NCBI GenBank assembly: GCA_036396895.1
Contig: DASWKB010000024.1
Coordinates: 2,115 to 66,114 of the forward strand
Reading direction: 5' to 3'
From: a bacterium
GTDB lineage: Bacteria > Omnitrophota > Gorgyraeia > Aquiviventales > Aquiviventaceae
Length of the DNA: 64,000 nucleotides
Within the stretch, counting starts at the first letter, position 1; each line of letters opens with the position of its first letter. Under the pieces are notes generated by a model. It was not told where the DNA came from. It worked only from the letters and a program-made list of their open reading frames with translations, and searched no databases. Below are positions 61,778-64,000 of this stretch, piece after piece. The translations under genes and the position numbers were made by a program.

Positions 61778-62712
61778 GTCCGCTCCAGTTGCGTGCGAAA
61801 CCACGCGATCGTCTTGGTCAGCCCCTCCGCGAGGGCGGTCTTCGGCTGCCAGCCGAGCACCCGCGACGCGGCGCCGATATCGGGGCAGCGCTGTTTGGGG
61901 TCGTCCTGCGGCAGCGGCCGCGATTCGATGCGGCTGGGGCTCTTCGTCATGCGGATGATCTCCTCCGCGAGCTGCCGCACCGTGTACTCCCCTGGGTTGC
62001 CGATGTTCATCGGCTCGTCGTAGTCGGAGTGCATCAGCCGCACGATCCCTTCGATGAGATCGTCCACGAAGCAGAACGAGCGGGTCTGGCTGCCGTCCCC
62101 GAACACCGTCACCGCCTCGCCGCGCAGCGCCTGGGTGATGAACGCCGGGATCGCCCGCCCATCGTGCATTCTCATTCTCGGCCCGTAGGTGTTGAAGATC
62201 CGGACAATGCGCGTATCCACGCCGTGGCTGCGGTGATACGCCATCGTGAGCGCCTCGGCGAAGCGCTTCGCCTCGTCGTAGACCCCGCGAGGGCCGACGG
62301 GGTTCACGTGCCCCCAGTAGGACTCCGGCTGCGGGTGGACCTGGGGATCGCCGTAGACTTCCGAGGTGGACGCCAGGAGGAACTTCGCGCCCTTGGCCTT
62401 CGCCATGCCGAGCGTGTTGTGGGTGCCCAGCGCGCCGACCTTGAGCGTCGGGATCGGGTGCTTGAGGTAATCGATGGGACTCGCCGGCGAGGCGAAATGC
62501 AGGATGAAGTCGATGGAGCCGTCCGGCGTGTACGGGCGGCTGACGTCATGGACGACGTGCGTGAAGCGCGTCTGTCCCAGGAGGGCGGCGATGTTGTCCG
62601 GGTTGGCCGTGATCAGGTTGTCCACGCAGATGATCTCGTGGCCGTCACGATGCAATCGCTCGCACAGGTGCGAGCCGAGGAACCCGGCTCCGCCGGTAAT
62701 GAGCATCCGCAT
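61774..62712 (-). CDS. UDP-glucuronate decarboxylase-like SDR (UXS family)
   Basis: [35 protein letters not shown]. Confidence 0.9.
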   Translation of the reverse strand: MRMLITGGAGFLGSHLCERLHRDGHEIICVDNLITANPDNIAALLGQTRFTHVVHDVSRPYTPDGSIDFILHFASPASPIDYLKHPIPTLKVGALGTHNTLGMAKAKGAKFLLASTSEVYGDPQVHPQPESYWGHVNPVGPRGVYDEAKRFAEALTMAYHRSHGVDTRIVRIFNTYGPRMRMHDGRAIPAFITQALRGEAVTVFGDGSQTRSFCFVDDLIEGIVRLMHSDYDEPMNIGNPGEYTVRQLAEEIIRMTKSPSRIESRPLPQDDPKQRCPDIGAASRVLGWQPKTALAEGLTKTIAWFRTQLERT

Positions 62713-62966
62713 CAGGTGGCCTCCAGGAGTGGCATGGCCGGCTGCACGGCCGGCTTGGGATCGGGGGCCCGCTTCAACAGGAAGATTCCCCGGTGCTTGT
62801 GCTGACGCCGCCGGATGAACCCCTTGCGCTCAAGGGCGGTCAAGCGGTCGATGGCTGACTTGTAGGAGACGATGCGGCAGCCGGCCTGGACTTCCCGGAT
62901 CAGCGGAGCCCGGCTGTGCTCGCGCACGTAGTCCTCGATAAATATCAGGACACTGCGCTGTTTCAT
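62712..62966 (-). CDS. stand-alone LexA-N-terminal-type winged-helix DNA-binding protein
   Basis: 84 aa. [45 protein letters not shown] parallels the LexA DNA-binding domain. No S24 peptidase domain. Its stop overlaps the start of the next gene. Confidence 0.6.
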   Translation of the reverse strand: MKQRSVLIFIEDYVREHSRAPLIREVQAGCRIVSYKSAIDRLTALERKGFIRRRQHKHRGIFLLKRAPDPKPAVQPAMPLLEAT

Positions 62967-63030
62967 GGTGAGCTGAGATCTGGCCAGGACTGACTCCTAT
63001 CCACCGGCGTGAACACGCTCTATCCAGTCA

Positions 63031-63078
63031 AAGGGAAATATTACTATAACTGAATCAAGGGGATTAGCAAGAAAAACC
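63031..63078 (-). promoter_or_regulatory. AT-rich island upstream of the supercluster (possible promoter region)
   Basis: aagggaaatattactataactgaatcaagggattagcaagaaaaacc stands out in GC-rich DNA. The minus strand reads TTGCTA, 15 nt, TATAGT. Spacing is suboptimal and this is a by-eye match only. Confidence 0.25.
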
Positions 63079-63096
63079 TGAACGATTTCGAGCCAC

Positions 63097-63126
63097 ATGC
63101 GGAATTCGGAATGGGGAATGGGGAAT
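63097..63126. repeat. hepta-1-like tandem array
   Basis: tgcggaat-tcggaat-ggggaat-ggggaat-t. Confidence 0.75.
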
Positions 63127-63198
63127 TACTGACGGACCAGCGTGTCGCGCGGCATGCAAGAGTGGGAGATTCCGGTACGCTACGTGATGTCGCTGTTC

Positions 63199-63230
63199 AT
63201 TCCAGCTTCCAGCATTTAGCGTCCAGCTTC
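63199..63230. repeat. hepta-2 tandem array
   Basis: ttccagcttccagcatttagcgtccagcttcg. Confidence 0.7.
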
Positions 63231-63248
63231 GGACCGGCCGTGTCCGCT

Positions 63249-63297
63249 CACACGTGACACGTGACGCGTTTCACGTTTCACGTTACACGTTACGCGG
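63249..63297. repeat. hepta-3 tandem array (about 7 units) spanning the stop of the 63290 gene
   Basis: cacacgtga-cacgtga-cgcgttt-cacgttt-cacgtta-cacgtta-cgcgg. Confidence 0.85.
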
Positions 63298-64000
63298 ATG
63301 TGCGGTGGTGCCGGAACCAGGCGGCGGTGCGCTCGAGGCCCTCGGCGAACTTGATGTGCCCTTCCCAGCCGAGCAGGCGCTTCGCCTTGGACGAGTCCGC
63401 CAGGGTCCGGCGGACGTCTCCGGGCCTGGGCGGCACGAAGGCCGGCTTGATGGACGTGCCGAGAATGCGATTCAGCTCGTTCAGGAGGTCCAGGACCGAG
63501 TGCTCTTCCCCAAGCGCGAGATTGAACACCTCCCCGCTCACGCCCGGCGCCTGGGACGAGCGGATCGTGCCGTCAACGACGTTCTGGACATAGGTGAAGT
63601 CCCGCGACTGCTTCCCGTCGCCGTAGACCGGCGGGGACTCCCCGCGCAGGAGGCAGACGATGAACTTCGGGATGACGACCGCGTACTCGTTCTCCAGGCT
63701 CTGCCTGGGCCCGAACACGTTGAAGTACCTGACGCAGACCGTCTCCAGGCCGAAGCCGCGCGAGAACATCTGGCAGAGCAGCTCATCCGCCAGCTTCGAG
63801 GCCGCGTAGGGCGAGACCGGCGCCGCCGGGTCGTCCTCCCGCTGGGGCACCCGGTCCGTTTCACCGTACACGGAGCTGGAGGACACGCAGACCACGCGCT
63901 TCACCTGCTCCGCCGCCGCGCGCTCCAACAGGCCGGCGGTCGCGAGCACGTTGACCTCGATATACCCGTAGGGGTCCGACATCGACTTCGGCACGCTGCG
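63290..64000 (-). CDS. SDR-family NDP-sugar epimerase (C-terminal part; gene continues beyond the window)
   Basis: SSSSVYG, YAASK, RYFNVFGPRQ. The reading frame is open to the window edge. Confidence 0.85.
   Translation of the reverse strand, partial: RSVPKSMSDPYGYIEVNVLATAGLLERAAAEQVKRVVCVSSSSVYGETDRVPQREDDPAAPVSPYAASKLADELLCQMFSRGFGLETVCVRYFNVFGPRQSLENEYAVVIPKFIVCLLRGESPPVYGDGKQSRDFTYVQNVVDGTIRSSQAPGVSGEVFNLALGEEHSVLDLLNELNRILGTSIKPAFVPPRPGDVRRTLADSSKAKRLLGWEGHIKFAEGLERTAAWFRHHRTSA

Noticed and set aside
63249-63297. Idea that hepta-3 arrays act as all-three-frame stop cassettes, because a 7-nt period shifts the TAA/TGA frame by one per unit
   Set aside because: I counted stops by hand in the arrays at 63249-63297 and 10392-10423. 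Only two of the three frames receive a stop, so the arrays do not guarantee termination in every frame.
1-64000. Search by eye for tRNA, rRNA, riboswitch, integrase, transposase, toxin-antitoxin or defence-system genes
   Set aside because: Nothing matching these was seen. By-eye inspection cannot exclude small RNAs, so tRNAscan-SE and Infernal should be run.

Overview
Visibly GC-rich bacterial chromosomal segment in which every credible gene lies on the minus strand. The long plus-strand ORFs in the track are Arg/Pro/Ala-rich antisense shadows. Left ~10 kb holds housekeeping genes: two tandem GalT-like HIT-fold enzymes, fmt, def, an MFS transporter, a TMEM14-like small membrane protein, priA and a family-4 uracil-DNA glycosylase. 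From ~10.4 kb to ~63 kb runs one co-directional, tightly packed glycan/LPS-type biosynthesis supercluster of ~45 genes. Start/stop overlaps of ATGA or TGATG type were checked by hand at 3763, 14563-14566, 18765-18768, 28672-28675, 44894-44897, 51750-51753, 55245-55248, 60719, 61774-61777 and 62712. The supercluster contains at least 12 glycosyltransferases (GT2, GT4, GT9, GT28, WecA type), six SDR epimerase/dehydratases, nine SAM methyltransferases and three AsnB-type amidotransferases. It also has two DegT/PseC aminotransferases, an O-antigen-ligase-like protein, a fused ABC exporter, a WbdD-like methyltransferase-kinase and a pseudaminic-acid (pse) module with a formyltransferase but no PseH. 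A stand-alone LexA-N-type winged-helix protein sits at its head. The most unusual signal is non-coding. Nearly every intergenic gap is built from tandem arrays of 7-nt units (six unit families), often arranged as inverted arms that would form long imperfect hairpins. The left 7.3 kb also carries about 12 copies of an 80-115 nt core element in three subfamilies, including a 1.2-kb gene-free mosaic at 6105-7282. I saw no rRNA, tRNA, CRISPR array, transposase, integrase or recognisable defence gene. CDS ends follow the ORF track, with several starts moved inward by hand. Coordinates of non-ORF features were counted by hand and may be off by 1-3 nt.
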